The notes beneath the pieces were generated by a model, which did no database searches, was not told the DNA's origin, and saw only the letters and a program-made list of their open reading frames with translations. From Balanoglossus misakiensis (Eukaryota > Animalia > Hemichordata), in the NCBI GenBank assembly GCA_040954595.2, contig CM082579.2, positions 5,631,625-5,695,624 on the forward strand: 64,000 nt of DNA, in the 5' to 3' direction. This document shows positions 10,701 to 23,884 of this stretch, one piece after another; positions within the stretch are counted from its first letter, which is position 1, and each line of letters starts with the position of its first letter. The translations under genes were made by a program, and so were the position numbers.

Positions 10701-13700
10701 CACGCGTAGCGTTCCATAATAGGAGGCAAGGATTTGTGGAGTATTCATTGTTTGAAGAACCAATTATACCAAGGATCTTATTCGCGAGCACCGTCGGCCG
10801 TCGATGATTATACCCAAGTCGTGAGATATTACTCACTGCTTTGAGATAGCAACTGCAGTGAGATAAATTGATAATGTTGAAATTTGAAACGAAGCCGCTA
10901 TAATACCCACACCGATTTCTTCAACCTTTTTTTTTTACCTCTGGGCTCGCGAGTTCTCGCAATGAGCGGAAAATCATGTATTGACGACGGCGATTCCCAG
11001 AACGACCATTCAATTCCTGGCCTATATGCGAAATACTGTAAAACGGGGTATTTTCGCGAGCAATAAGCGGAAAATCGTATAATGAAGATTCCCGGAACGG
11101 CCATTTTAATTTTTTCTTCCTGGCCTATATGCGAAATACAAGTAATTCCAATCATGCTTGGCACTCAGTCACTGTTTAGTTGGTTGTCAAGGGCGATAAC
11201 GTTTACTCTTTTGGATGTGGACGCGCATATAGAAAATGTAAAGGGATATCAACAGTTCTTATGCGCGTCATGCCAAATTTCAAACAGAACTACAAGGAAA
11301 TGACAATCAAAAACCACTGTACCGAAGAACGAGCAAATTGTACTCTCAGCTAAGCTGAACTTCGGTCAGTGTGCAGCTGTCTCTTGAGGTTGTTTCTGAT
11401 TGGTCAGTTACTTTGTCGATTCCCTATTAAAACAGATGTACCACAGGTGCATGAATGCTGTAACCTATGAGGACAAGCCTTGCGCAATGAGACACAATGA
11501 GAATTCTCGGGGTTTTCAAATTAACACTCAGCCGTGTCGGCCTCCGCAAACCTGACGGCCACATTTCACTGTTGGGGCATTTCTATCCGTCGATACTTCA
11601 GTCGGTCGTTGTATCCTCTAATGCGATTTCATTATCACAATTCCGCGATAACCTGGCGGTTGAACAGACGGCAACTACGACGTTGTTTGTCAAAATTCCG
11701 CCACAACGCTGACACGCGGCACTTAACCTGAATTATACTCGTATACGACAGGCAATCACCCGGCAGATCGAGTTTCCCACAGAGCGATGGAATTCGCATC
11801 AAAATGACACCGTCGTCACACACGGGGAAGGCAGGTCTATTGTCGTGATATTGGCTTAGTGTAATTTATAGCTTGACGTCCGACACATTGCCCCAAACTT
11901 TAATGAACCGAACCACTTAATTTTATGAACTCTGTACCGCGGTAGCTATAGCTAAGGTATAAACTTCGTTGTTGTTTTATGTGCTTTGCTTTTTTACGAT
12001 GTTGGGTGTGGCCTTAAGGGCGCCCTATTTAGATCAAAATACAGTGCATTGACGAAGCATCCATTATACTGAATTGTCTGAGTGCATATATCATGTACAT
12101 GCGAGCAAAGCATCATCTGATCTGCCATGTTTATCTCACTGTCAACGAAATAACTAGTTTGTAATATCTGAGTTTACCAATACATTTCGCATATCAACGT
12201 TATTATCTAAATAACAACAAGTGAGGCGCTGCGTGGTTTTCTGTGAGTCGTTTCCGAAAAGACAGTCTACTTGACATTAGGAAAAATAAACCCGTGTATT
12301 GTAAAAAAAAAAAATATGTGGGTATTATCATGATTTACTCGCCATGTTTCGACGCTTCTGTTCATAGCGGACATGCGAAAATTACATCGCCATTAAATTA
12401 ACCTTGCGTTGCCATGACGACCCGTTAGCAAACGGAGACGAAGCGATCGCTGTCATTTTCATCGTGTTCGACACGCTTGCGAATAAACGCGTTTTTTTAT
12501 TTTTTATGTCAACGATATCGCCGGTTTGGCTGATACACGGTCAACATCCCTTTATCCACCCAAATTCCCTAGCACACAGTCCAAAAAGCAGACATACACG
12601 TTTTACGGAGATCGTTATATTGTGCATGTCACGAAATTGAACAATATTCTCTATCTTTCTCTATGCCTTCAAGTTGAACCGCCGAAGCCCTGCTGTAAGC
12701 TGAATGGTGCCACGCGCCATATTGACAGCAATTTGTGAACAACTGAGGTCGAAATCGTGACAAAATTAAACAGACGAGACTAATTTCATTGGAAAATTTG
12801 CACTTACCTTCACAAGACCTAGTATAAACAAATGAGAGATCGGATAATCGGCGCACACAAAAGCTGGGCGGTATAATATAACAATTCGAGCGCTGTGTAT
12901 GAAACTGCGTGTTCTGCAAGTGGAGTACTGCCAGGTGATTCGATCAAACGGACGCGATCGATAATTCAGGGTTAAAGGTCAATTGCACCGGACACTCGAC
13001 GCTACGCACATTAATTTTACCATTAGTGAAATAGCAGTCTATTTTTAACTCCGTGGCCTATTTTAATCATTGCACCAGCTGAACGATTTGTAGATGACTA
13101 CCCAAATGCAGTGCATGGTCATCACATTCCATTTTGAAGAAGAAAAACACGGTGTTACAATATTGTCATTTCCTTGAAAATTTCACAAAAGGTGCTAAAG
13201 AGGAGTATTATTAAATGATATAAAGAAAACACTTTGTCACTGTGCTTGATTTTGTTTGAACTGTTTTCACAGGAGCTGACTTAACATTTTCCACAATATT
13301 TTATACCTCTAACTGAAAAAAAAAGTAGCATGGGGATACCCTGTTTTCTCTTAATTTTTGCATTTAAAACTCACTGATATAAAATATATATCTAAAACTA
13401 GGAAAATGACAGCAGCAGTAATTTGAAGTTATATGTTGAAACTTGTCCTTCGGGATGTGACGGTCAATTACATGTGCGCTGAAGGTGAAAACTTAGACAA
13501 ACCGTTTTGAATGCAACCAGCATGGGAGAAAGAAAACTCTTCCGAATCGTGACTTACAAGAAACCGGCTGTGCTGCTGAGGCGCTGAACCCCTCTGGGGG
13601 ATCATTTAATATCGGTAAATATCAGAGGTAAGCACCGATGTAGACTAGAACGGATTAGTATGCTGTGTCGTATTAAATCACACTATAGATGACAACAATA

Positions 13701-15842
13701 TGCATCAAACCAAGCATGTGCGACGTGTACTAGTCGATAATGCTGATTCCTTGGTCCCATGCAACATGCGTGGCTGCCCCTCGCTGAAGTAATGACCCAT
13801 TGTGAAAGTTTTTTCCGGCAGTTCCAGACGGACTGCTCTGTGAAAGCGCGCTGCCGGGGGATATATTTCTGTGCACAGGCTCTGTCTATAAACAGGGCCA
13901 ATGTACAAGATGAAGCCGTTGTGTCTTTGCAAAGATTTATTTTGATGAGCGCATATGTTGAACGAGAATGAAGGTACCCATATGGGGAAGGAAGGCGACG
14001 GCCTTGCAGACGTTCACGTTCCACACTCTAGTTGATGTCGTTTTTCTTTTTGCTTATAAATGTATCTATTTTTCTAGCAAACTACATACTCAGCAAGTGT
14101 TTTGCTGGAAAACATTGATTAATTTTCTCCCAGTGACTTCATCGCATTTTACCATCGATGACTCGGCAACATTTAAGCTTATCAAACGTACCAAGAAGAA
14201 GGTTAACGGATTTCACTGTCCTACGCGGATTATCAATAATAAGAATACGCCGACCCTTACGCCAGTCAAATTAAAATTGGTTTGTTGAACGACGAACTTC
14301 AGGTAACATTCATTTTTTTCACATTTCTTCGGGCAGGGATTTACACAGACATACGTGTTGTATATCATGTGCGACATATTCTGTTAGCCTGCATTAAACA
14401 TAAGGCACCAAATTTTAAGAGCGTAGATACAGTTCTGCCCTAAAGATGACTTTAAATTTGGAGTAAGCAATGCATACCATTTGTGACTGATCCTCCGTAA
14501 ATTATTCAGACTTTGCTTCCATATACAACAGATATGCCGCGTTAAAAATTAATTGGTTTAGTATTTCACAGGGTCTATATGAGCTTCCGCCATTTATAAA
14601 TTACCGCCGAGCGTTTTCTGATTTCGTCAATCCTATCGTAGCATCGATGATCCCCCAAAACTGACGTGCAACTGATGAGGAACGCCCAAACTTTTGGTTA
14701 TCTTTATTTTTCTTACACTCTAGCTGACATGGATCGAGGCCCGCAGCGTTTTATGGAAGTTTTGCAACGGATGCTCTTCGTTAAGTGCGTGCGGAACCGT
14801 ATAAAAACTTCTGCAGTAACCATGGATACCGTAACATAATATGCAATGTTGTTATGATGATGCATGATACTATTGTGGCTTTTGAGAAGAGAATCCCATT
14901 GGAAACAAAACTCCACGGAAATCGCATCTAAACCGCGGTGTCATCACTGCCCTCCTCCTCGCCTCCAGTCGAAACCTCTTTCATCCTATAGTTATCTGTT
15001 TCCTTCCGCTTACTACCATAAGAGGTCAAGGCAAGTTTGGATCATGCGCTGAATAAACGTGTTAACCATCATCAGATTATCTTCCTTGCAAACTAAATGT
15101 CGTTGCATCGACACAGTCTACCGAACATATACAATTGTTTATGCTCCCATGCCATACTTGTATGATAGCTGGGGAGTATTATAGATCGAGTCAGTTGTTT
15201 TCGTTATAATAATCATTATATAGATTCAGTCGTGTAACGTAGCACTTACGTTTGCACGAAAGCCTAGCCCTGATTGCCGGTCGGTATTCATCATAAGCTC
15301 AATGCGGGAAGTTCTCTCCGTGTATTCCCCCCGATTGCCGCAAAACTAAACAACACAAGTAGAAATTTGGTTACACAGTTGTGTGAAGTCTTAGATTAGA
15401 TCTGGGCACAGAAATGATGCGACAATGTGATGTCTGCCCAACGCAGCTAAACATTTCCTTTGACGGCAGAACACAACATATATTTACGTCTAGTCTATCA
15501 ATTCCATGCAATTTCTTCGCGAAACTTGTTTGGTTTTTTTGGCATTAAATCTCTGATAAAGATGCGGTCGTGATGTAAAGACAACCTACATGTAGGCCTA
15601 TAAGTGTCACTCTGCACACAAATATTACCGGCACACTTTTCAGGATTCAATGTACGTAGGCGTATTGACGCATCGATCTACACGTTCGTCAGTTACCAGG
15701 AACCATGCATGCATCCATGGAAAAATATCACCTTTAGGGCTTCATAATCGCGGATAAGGAGGGAGAAGACATATACACGTGCGGCGTTCAGTTCAGAATC
15801 AGACCTTTATATGTCCGGGGGTGAAGCCCTCCCTAAGCCGGT

Positions 15843-15856
15843 AGGTCACCAGGTCA
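15843..15856 (+). promoter_or_regulatory. Nuclear-receptor DR2 element (candidate)
   Basis: AGGTCA-CC-AGGTCA, about 850 bp upstream of the GPCR ATG. Confidence 0.3.
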
Positions 15857-16707
15857 CACTCATCTGCTGGTGATCGATTCACCGCCTGGGGGCGTGCTAT
15901 GTGAACCAATGCACGTGCACACAAAACGCAGCCAAACAGAAATGACATCTAGACGAAGGTCTCTTTCGGAAGAAACCTTGTTTTTTATATCTCATATTGC
16001 TACCGGAATACGCTGTACTGTCAATTTGAATAGTCATTGTGGTACGTTTAAAAAGTGAATACGCTGGCCCCTTTGTGCGCATGTGCTGAGTGAAAATAAA
16101 GAGCAAAACGACCAGTAATAGCGACCCTGTCTTCAAGTGTTCATGCAATTACATCGCCTCACGGAAAACAGCGATAATTTGGAGTAGCATTGTTCCATAT
16201 ATAACACAATGACGGGATTGTTAACAGGAGCATTCTGAGTATAAAAACAGATGCAAATCGTAAAAATTTCAACAAGATTATCAGACAATTAATTTATAAA
16301 ATCATTCGGTACACTATATCTCGATATTTTTCCCTTCAGCAACACAAAAAGAAGTGTTCCATTCCCGCACCCATACCTGTAATGATCAGATAGTTAGTTT
16401 TAGAAACGTTGATTAGCACAAAACCCAGCGACTTGTTTGCAGTGAACACGCACGTAGTTTATCAGAGTCTACATTTATTGATACCAAAGCGAATGAGTAG
16501 AGTGATCTAATATTCAGAGCTTCTGATATTGACAGGTCTCTCATATCAGTAACCAAAGTAACGTAGGCGCATGCGCTCTTTACCTTCCAAGTTATGAATT
16601 TATTTTTGCCATAACGCCACGACTTCGTGTTCTGTCATGGTAAGAAATTCGACAGGGGAGCCTTTAAGTTATTTGTCGCTTGTCCATACGCACAGCCGGC
16701 AACAGCC

Positions 16708-17748
16708 ATGAATTTGACCGACAATGAATACGAAATTACCGCCGCCGTGGTCATGGAAGCCTTGTCGTTGTCCGTGATCTCATCCGTCGGGATCGTCGGA
16801 AACATTCTCGTTTTGCTGTCTACGTTCTTGTACATGAACAGACTGACGAAGTTTGCCCTGGCCTTCTTCATACTGAATCTCAGCATCGCCGATCTCGCCA
16901 TCACTGTCTTCTTCGAGCCGCTCCTGGTTGGCGCCGTCCTGATCGACACCTGGCCGTTCGGACTTCGCTTCTGCGAGATCAGTGCCACCATCACCCTCGT
17001 ATGCTCGTACGCCTCGATCAACTTCCTCGCCGTCATCGCTGTCCACAACTACATGCTGATCATCAAGACGTCGGACATGTACGCCAAGTTCTTCACCAGG
17101 AGATCCTGCGCTCTGATCGCGGTGCTCACCTGGGCGGTGGCCGTCGTAGCCAGCCTGAGCGTGATGGTCAAGCAGAACAGTCTCGAGTACAGCGGGGAGT
17201 ACCACCAGTGCCGCCTCGACTTCACGAGTATACGCGCCGAAGAGATGGTGCCCCTGACGGTGTTCGGGTTCACCATCCCGTTCTCCATCATCGCCTTCTG
17301 CTATTTCTCGATCTACCTCATGGTGAAGCGATCCCGCCAGCGAGTGACGACGGCGAGCGAGGCCTTCGCCATCACCACAGACATGGCCGTCGAGCGGGCC
17401 AGGCAAGTCCGGCGACGGAAGGAAAACGTCCGGTTGGCCCTCAGCATGTTTCTGGTCGTCGCGGCGTTCATTCTTTGCTTCTTGCCGTTCCAGACGGTCT
17501 ACCTGCTCACGATATCCGGACTCGACATCCCTTACTTCGTCAGCCGCGCGGCAGATTTCATCAACTGTCTAAGCTACTCCATCAATCCGATCATATACGC
17601 GTGGAGGAACGAACAGTATCGCCTGGCTTTCAAGAAAATACTGCTCGGGCGATGTTTTCGTCGGAGACACATGCGCAACAGGTGGGCCATCAAAGTGAGC
17701 ACCCGTACGACCCCTGTCACTCAGGTAATGGAGAGGGGCAACATTTAA
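16708..17748 (+). CDS. Class A (rhodopsin-like) GPCR, intronless, 346 aa; orphan, melatonin/amine-receptor-like
   Basis: GCCATG Kozak start at 16708, N-terminal NLT sequon and seven hydrophobic segments. Motifs: GN (TM1), LSIADL (TM2), WPFG and Cys (ECL1/TM3), HNY in the DRY position, TM4 Trp, ECL2 Cys, CFLP (TM6), NPIIY (TM7) and helix 8. Strong GC3 bias. Confidence 0.95.
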   Translation: MNLTDNEYEITAAVVMEALSLSVISSVGIVGNILVLLSTFLYMNRLTKFALAFFILNLSIADLAITVFFEPLLVGAVLIDTWPFGLRFCEISATITLVCSYASINFLAVIAVHNYMLIIKTSDMYAKFFTRRSCALIAVLTWAVAVVASLSVMVKQNSLEYSGEYHQCRLDFTSIRAEEMVPLTVFGFTIPFSIIAFCYFSIYLMVKRSRQRVTTASEAFAITTDMAVERARQVRRRKENVRLALSMFLVVAAFILCFLPFQTVYLLTISGLDIPYFVSRAADFINCLSYSINPIIYAWRNEQYRLAFKKILLGRCFRRRHMRNRWAIKVSTRTTPVTQVMERGNI

Positions 17749-20566
17749 AAAAAACTCCGTCGTCGTACAAGAGTAACCTCTGGGTTTTATCCATAAAGTC
17801 CCGATGCCACGAAAAGATGCCTTCTTATTGACCTTTGGTCGATCGATCGACTACCAGTTTGTCGAATTTCTGAATGACGGAACGTCGTCAGCATTGAAAA
17901 GACACAGTATTACCGCCAGAACACACTTTTATATGTTCACGTAGTCGTAGCGCCTTGAGACAGATATGTGTTGCACTGCCCAGTAAAGCATACTAAATGG
18001 TTTGTCAGAGTTCATGTTGTCGTTAGGTGGTTACCTTCATCCTTCTATTAAAGCTGTAACTGAATCAAGATTTGTATCTTTATCGTCAAGATTCAGATTT
18101 TAAAGGTTTGTGTTTTCGATTGATCCTGTAATTCACAAAATGACATCCATTTTATTCATTATCCCCTGTGCCTTCGGTATATTGTTCGATTTGCTTCGTT
18201 GAACTGTGTTGAGATTTCTATTTTCGGCGATATCTTTTTCAGACAAGCACGCGACAACCAAACCGTCATTTTGGTGTCGCGATTTTCTTTCCAGTGTACA
18301 TCAAATCTACAAATCCTCTCAGTTATTCTTATATTTACAGATACATGTCCGTTAAGGTATATTATCTATTACTTTTTGTCTGTACACGGAATTATTTATT
18401 ATTAAACAGAATGGAATACGGGTCAGCTGTGTATGCCAGTAACATACGCCCCGTTCAGCCGACTGGGCGCACAAATTAAAATGATTACGCCGACATTTCC
18501 AAGGTTCCCATCACACAACAAAGAATTACTGAATGTGGATAATAGAACGACAGAGAAAAAAGATCTCAAGCCGAGAGCGGGATATGCTTATAACAGGAAT
18601 CCACCAAGACCTTATAGCTGCAACAATGGCAGCCCAGAGGCAGTGCGTCTTGAACAAGAAGAAATTTCGTCAACTTTGGAACCTCGAACTCCGACTCCTG
18701 TAGACCTTATACTCCATGCACTCATCTTTCAATCGCGCGCCGTGGCTTGAGTTTAATGGTTATAGTTAGCAGGAGGCAAGACTGTGATTGAAATGTACGT
18801 GAGGTTAGAGAGAGATGAATCTCTTCCCCGTGCAATCGTTTCTCTGATAACAGATCTGCTGCGGCGCTGCTAAAACGCTTTTGCGAATTGTAGACCCGGA
18901 GCCATTCAAACCGACCGATCCTAAACCCAACCCTAAACCTAAACCCACGTCCAGTCCGGGGATACAATTATAATTCAGCAACCAAGACGCAACCCGAAAC
19001 ATATTATGAAATATCCTAGTGCGGTGAAATTAAACGATGTACTCCCAAGCTTCAGTTTTACAGCATTGCAACCCTCGCATACGATAACAAAGCCACGAAA
19101 AATGTGTTATCCGCAAAGAAAAGTACCTTGAGCCACAGATGGAAATACTCTGTAAAGCGTTCTGCCTTGAAAGAAATGTACAGCCAACCTAGAACCACAC
19201 GCACTCGATAGGATCCAGAAACATTGTACCCAGAGTTCTACATTCTATAGGAAAATACACAGCCGGCCGCAAATTGATAATAAAATAAACGCAATCATAT
19301 TAATCAGTGACGAAGCGTTCAAACAACTGACAAACACGTCTACCTACATGTAGGCTAAACTGCCTGGTACATGTATGGACAAACAACACCGACACAAAAC
19401 GAACGTGTCGGATCAAAGAGATAATTTCAACAGCGAACAATCCCAATAATATTTTATTATGTTTGAGGACAACTATGACAAGACGCAATTCTCCACCAAC
19501 AATTTTGAGTGACACAAAAGTGATGACATCATACTGTTGGTGACAAAGAAACGTTCACAGACTAGACAGCTCATACAAGTACATGTATATGTACTATCAG
19601 TCCCCACAAGTGTATATATCTTGTCTCGATAAATATCGTCGTTTTTTTCTTCAGGAAAGTTGACGAAATTTTTAAAATGTAGTATGTCGTCAGCGAGAAA
19701 TAAATTGTTTTGTTTACTGTTTGATACACTGATGAACTGTAACGACATCCGCAGTGTATGTTTGGCTAACAATATGAATCTAAAAAAACCTTACTAGTTA
19801 CTTGCTAGGTGCATAAAGACGATAGTGATCACAGTGGTTGAGCAGTGGATGAGTTCCGAGTTTTGCGGGTGTTGTTTGTAAAATATATTTCAATAAAAAA
19901 TAATACCGAGATTTCTTAAAGTATTTGTGCTTGCCAAAAGAATCACAGAGGAGAGTACAACAACATCCGCCGTGTTTGAAAGTGGCTTAGGTTTACTGGT
20001 ACATTAATTTGCTTTTAAGGAAGAACTCTTCATGTTACAACAATGGCTTGACTTTGCTGGTGTGTACGCTACAGATTCACTTTGCTGAGAGCAGTGTGAG
20101 AGTGACATTCAGTGTTTTCAACCGTGGTGCCACAGAATGGGGGAATTGTGTCTCCCCACCCCATCCCCAGTATTGGGGTCATGCCTTGCCAAATTGCATT
20201 AATCCAGCAATACTTCAGCCTGGATAAAAATTGGATATCAGTTGTATTTTACGTTGAATATATCAAGGAATGAAATGTGATTACGCGCAGAGGATCAGGT
20301 TGCATCACCTGTGAGTGAGCGTTCTGAACTCATAATGATCATTCCTATTTTGAAAATTATGTCATTTTATCTTCAGATATGTAGATACCAAAAAAATGAT
20401 TCTGAATCCAATCTCTTGTAAGTTACTTTCTTAGAGAGTCTTCTGTCTTCCATTGTCACTGCATCAGCATCTTCTCCTGTCACTGCATATTCACACCCAA
20501 TTCATAAACTGTTCCATTGTTGTCTCATGAAGTTGACTATAATTTATTTTCAGGAGGAGAAACAGC

Positions 20567-21691
<1,125 letters not shown>

Positions 21692-22825
21692 TTTGTCTGT
21701 CACCACCGGCTTTCGCAATATTCCAGCTGCGCTTGCGTAATAACCTTTGACTTGAAAAGGCCCCCTATCTCAACAAACACGATCCCGACTCCCCAGCTTC
21801 GCACGCTAACACGTAACGCATATAGATAGAGGCACGGAAATTGTTCAATTTTAACCGTTTTGTTTTCGCTGAATCCGTTATACGTTTATGCCCATAGAAA
21901 AATTGCACTTTAAAAATGCCAAACGAAAATTGCTTTTTCAAAAACATCTAAAGTTTGGCTAACCAAGTTGGTACGCTCTGACCTTCCACAGCAGGACTAA
22001 AAAAGTTTCACCCCACACAAAGAAACTGCAGATGTGTTTCACAATTGAGTCGGCACGTTTGGTACAATAAAATGAAAGCGAAAATGGCACTTTTTCTGGG
22101 TGGGTGGGTGGGTGCTCGTTTGCCTTACTTTTCCCGTTCTGTCTGGAACTGATTACCACAATGTTAATGTGGTGTAGGGCACATCTCGTCAAAGCAGGAT
22201 CCGGATATACATATACATGATACTTGTAGGCCTACTTGCATCAAGCCACACTTGGCAATGAATAAGCCTTTTACAGAGTGGACATAAGTTTGAAAATAAA
22301 GTGAGAAAGAATTGAAACATACTAGAACTGGTATATCACGAGGGCGCCCACTCTCGGAGACCTAAACAAGTGCGTCGGGTATGGAGTACCGCGCGCGCGC
22401 GTGTGCCATGTGGATAATGCAGTGGAGGGCGCCATCGCATATGTCGTTAAACGCTGAAGGCTGAGCCAGTTTTCGTTTTTGTCACTACAAGCTTTTTTCA
22501 AACAGAGATAAATCACTGATTTTGACTGAGGAAGACCGTGTTACTTTCGTGAATATCAATCAATCTGAAAAAAAAACACAAGTACCCTTACATACGACGT
22601 TACGCATATTGCGACAATTTGACGCAGTGCCGTCAAACGTTATGAATAATTCACGACTTTCGAAACTTCGAACGAATCACAGAGCGAGAAGAGGATCACT
22701 GGAAAATGAGGAAATTTTGCCACTGAATCGCTGTAGACGCTAATTTCACACAAAACTTGGCCTTTTCGAAACCAAAATGACTATGATTGAAGGCCACAGT
22801 CTTCATGATTTTCACTAGGACAGCA

Positions 22826-22935
22826 TATATAAGCCCGTCAACTTGATCGTGTACGTAAACTGTGAAGGTCCAAATTTCTGACGTCTTTTCATATCGATGA
22901 GTGTACGTGTGACACTGACGGCATATCCGGTAAGC
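22826..22935 (+). promoter_or_regulatory. Candidate TATA promoter and non-coding first exon, possibly the 5' UTR of NSUN7
   Basis: TATATAAG at 22826-22833 and donor CCG|GTAAGC (GT at 22930), divergent from UFM1. A candidate acceptor TTGTTGTTGCAG| lies at 34764, upstream of the NSUN7 ATG. Confidence 0.35.
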
Positions 22936-23052
22936 AAGTTTTCATGGTGTGTTGAGTTACTTACTAGTATGCCTAGCCGTTTGAAAATGTAGCTCTCAAC
23001 CCAGAGGAAATTTGACTATATATAGTACTATCAATGGACTCTGATCACCTAG

Positions 23053-23151
23053 GTGCAATGATTGTAGCGGGTTCTGTTCGGCTGATGATCTTGTCCGCAG
23101 TGTCGATTTCGTCAACCATACCGATCAGCACCAGCTGTACAATCATTGCAC
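23053..23151. repeat. Imperfect 99-nt hairpin
   Basis: Perfect 14-bp outer stem GTGCAATGATTGTA/TACAATCATTGCAC, extended inward by about 15 bp of imperfect pairing. Confidence 0.7.
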
Positions 23152-23791
23152 TGGCAGCTACGGATCATCCATGGCATTGTTCCATATATCTGTACAAACG
23201 ACGTATAGATGTTTAGACAGATCGACAAAGTGTAAACAGAAGTAGCATAACTCCTTGCTAATCATTCGTTGATATTTGATTGAAGTGGACTGAATAAGAT
23301 GACTGTTACTTCTGAATCTCACTCTGAGGAAAGTTTTTCAGCTTATCCGAACAAAACTGGTCACAGATCAGTAATAATGAGTTCCAATATCACAGGCAGT
23401 GTGTCGGAGATCTGACAAAATACTCCAGAGGAGAATAAATTTGTGTTTGTTTGTATGGATCGTGATCATGTGCTGTACAAAAACTGGGCCAGAGACCTGT
23501 CCTCGTAGTATACATAGACTTAAATATTAATCATGCATGAACCCAAACTTTCTTGTTTTCATGCTATGATTATAGTGGCGGTTGCTTGTCGAATAATGCA
23601 GACATATATGCAATATTGTGCCCATTTTCTGTCTACAACAGTACAAAACTTGACAACCCTCTTCTGTGAGTGCGCCCTCATAGTTGGATTCTGAAATTCA
23701 GTTATTGTAATGGTTTGACACCTTGATAACACAATAACATAATACAATTTTAAGTTAGATTTTTTAGTATTTTGGCATAAACTTTGGCCTC

Positions 23792-23884
23792 ATAACCCTT
23801 TCATCCCTGTTTCTTTCTATAGAGGTCCAACTTTACCATAGAAAACAACAGATTTGGACTAAACCATGGTGGTGAATAGGTTTT
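23792..23884. mobile_element. Degenerate copy of the TTAA/CCCTT MITE family
   Basis: TAACCCTTTCATCCC...AAACCATGGTGGTGAATAGG; similar to the reverse complement of 56491-56583. Confidence 0.75.

Noticed and set aside
10510-10720. Strong acceptor-like T tract ending in CAG at 10541
   Set aside because: No recognisable coding frame or clear partner donor; a UTR exon cannot be supported.
16627-16707. 27-aa N-terminal extension in the ORF track
   Set aside because: It starts at GTG; the ATG at 16708 has a good Kozak context and a typical sequon-bearing N-terminus.
17540-17600. GPCR as an opsin
   Set aside because: No retinal-binding Lys in TM7 (DFINCLSYSINPIIY).
16635-17831. Long overlapping ORFs (276 aa +, 208 aa -, 137 aa -) across the GPCR
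   Set aside because: Stop-poor shadow frames caused by high GC3 in the real CDS; no domain features.
18920-18947. CCTAAACCCAACCCTAAACCTAAACC as telomeric sequence
   Set aside because: Short and degenerate; more likely part of an interspersed repeat whose limits I cannot define.
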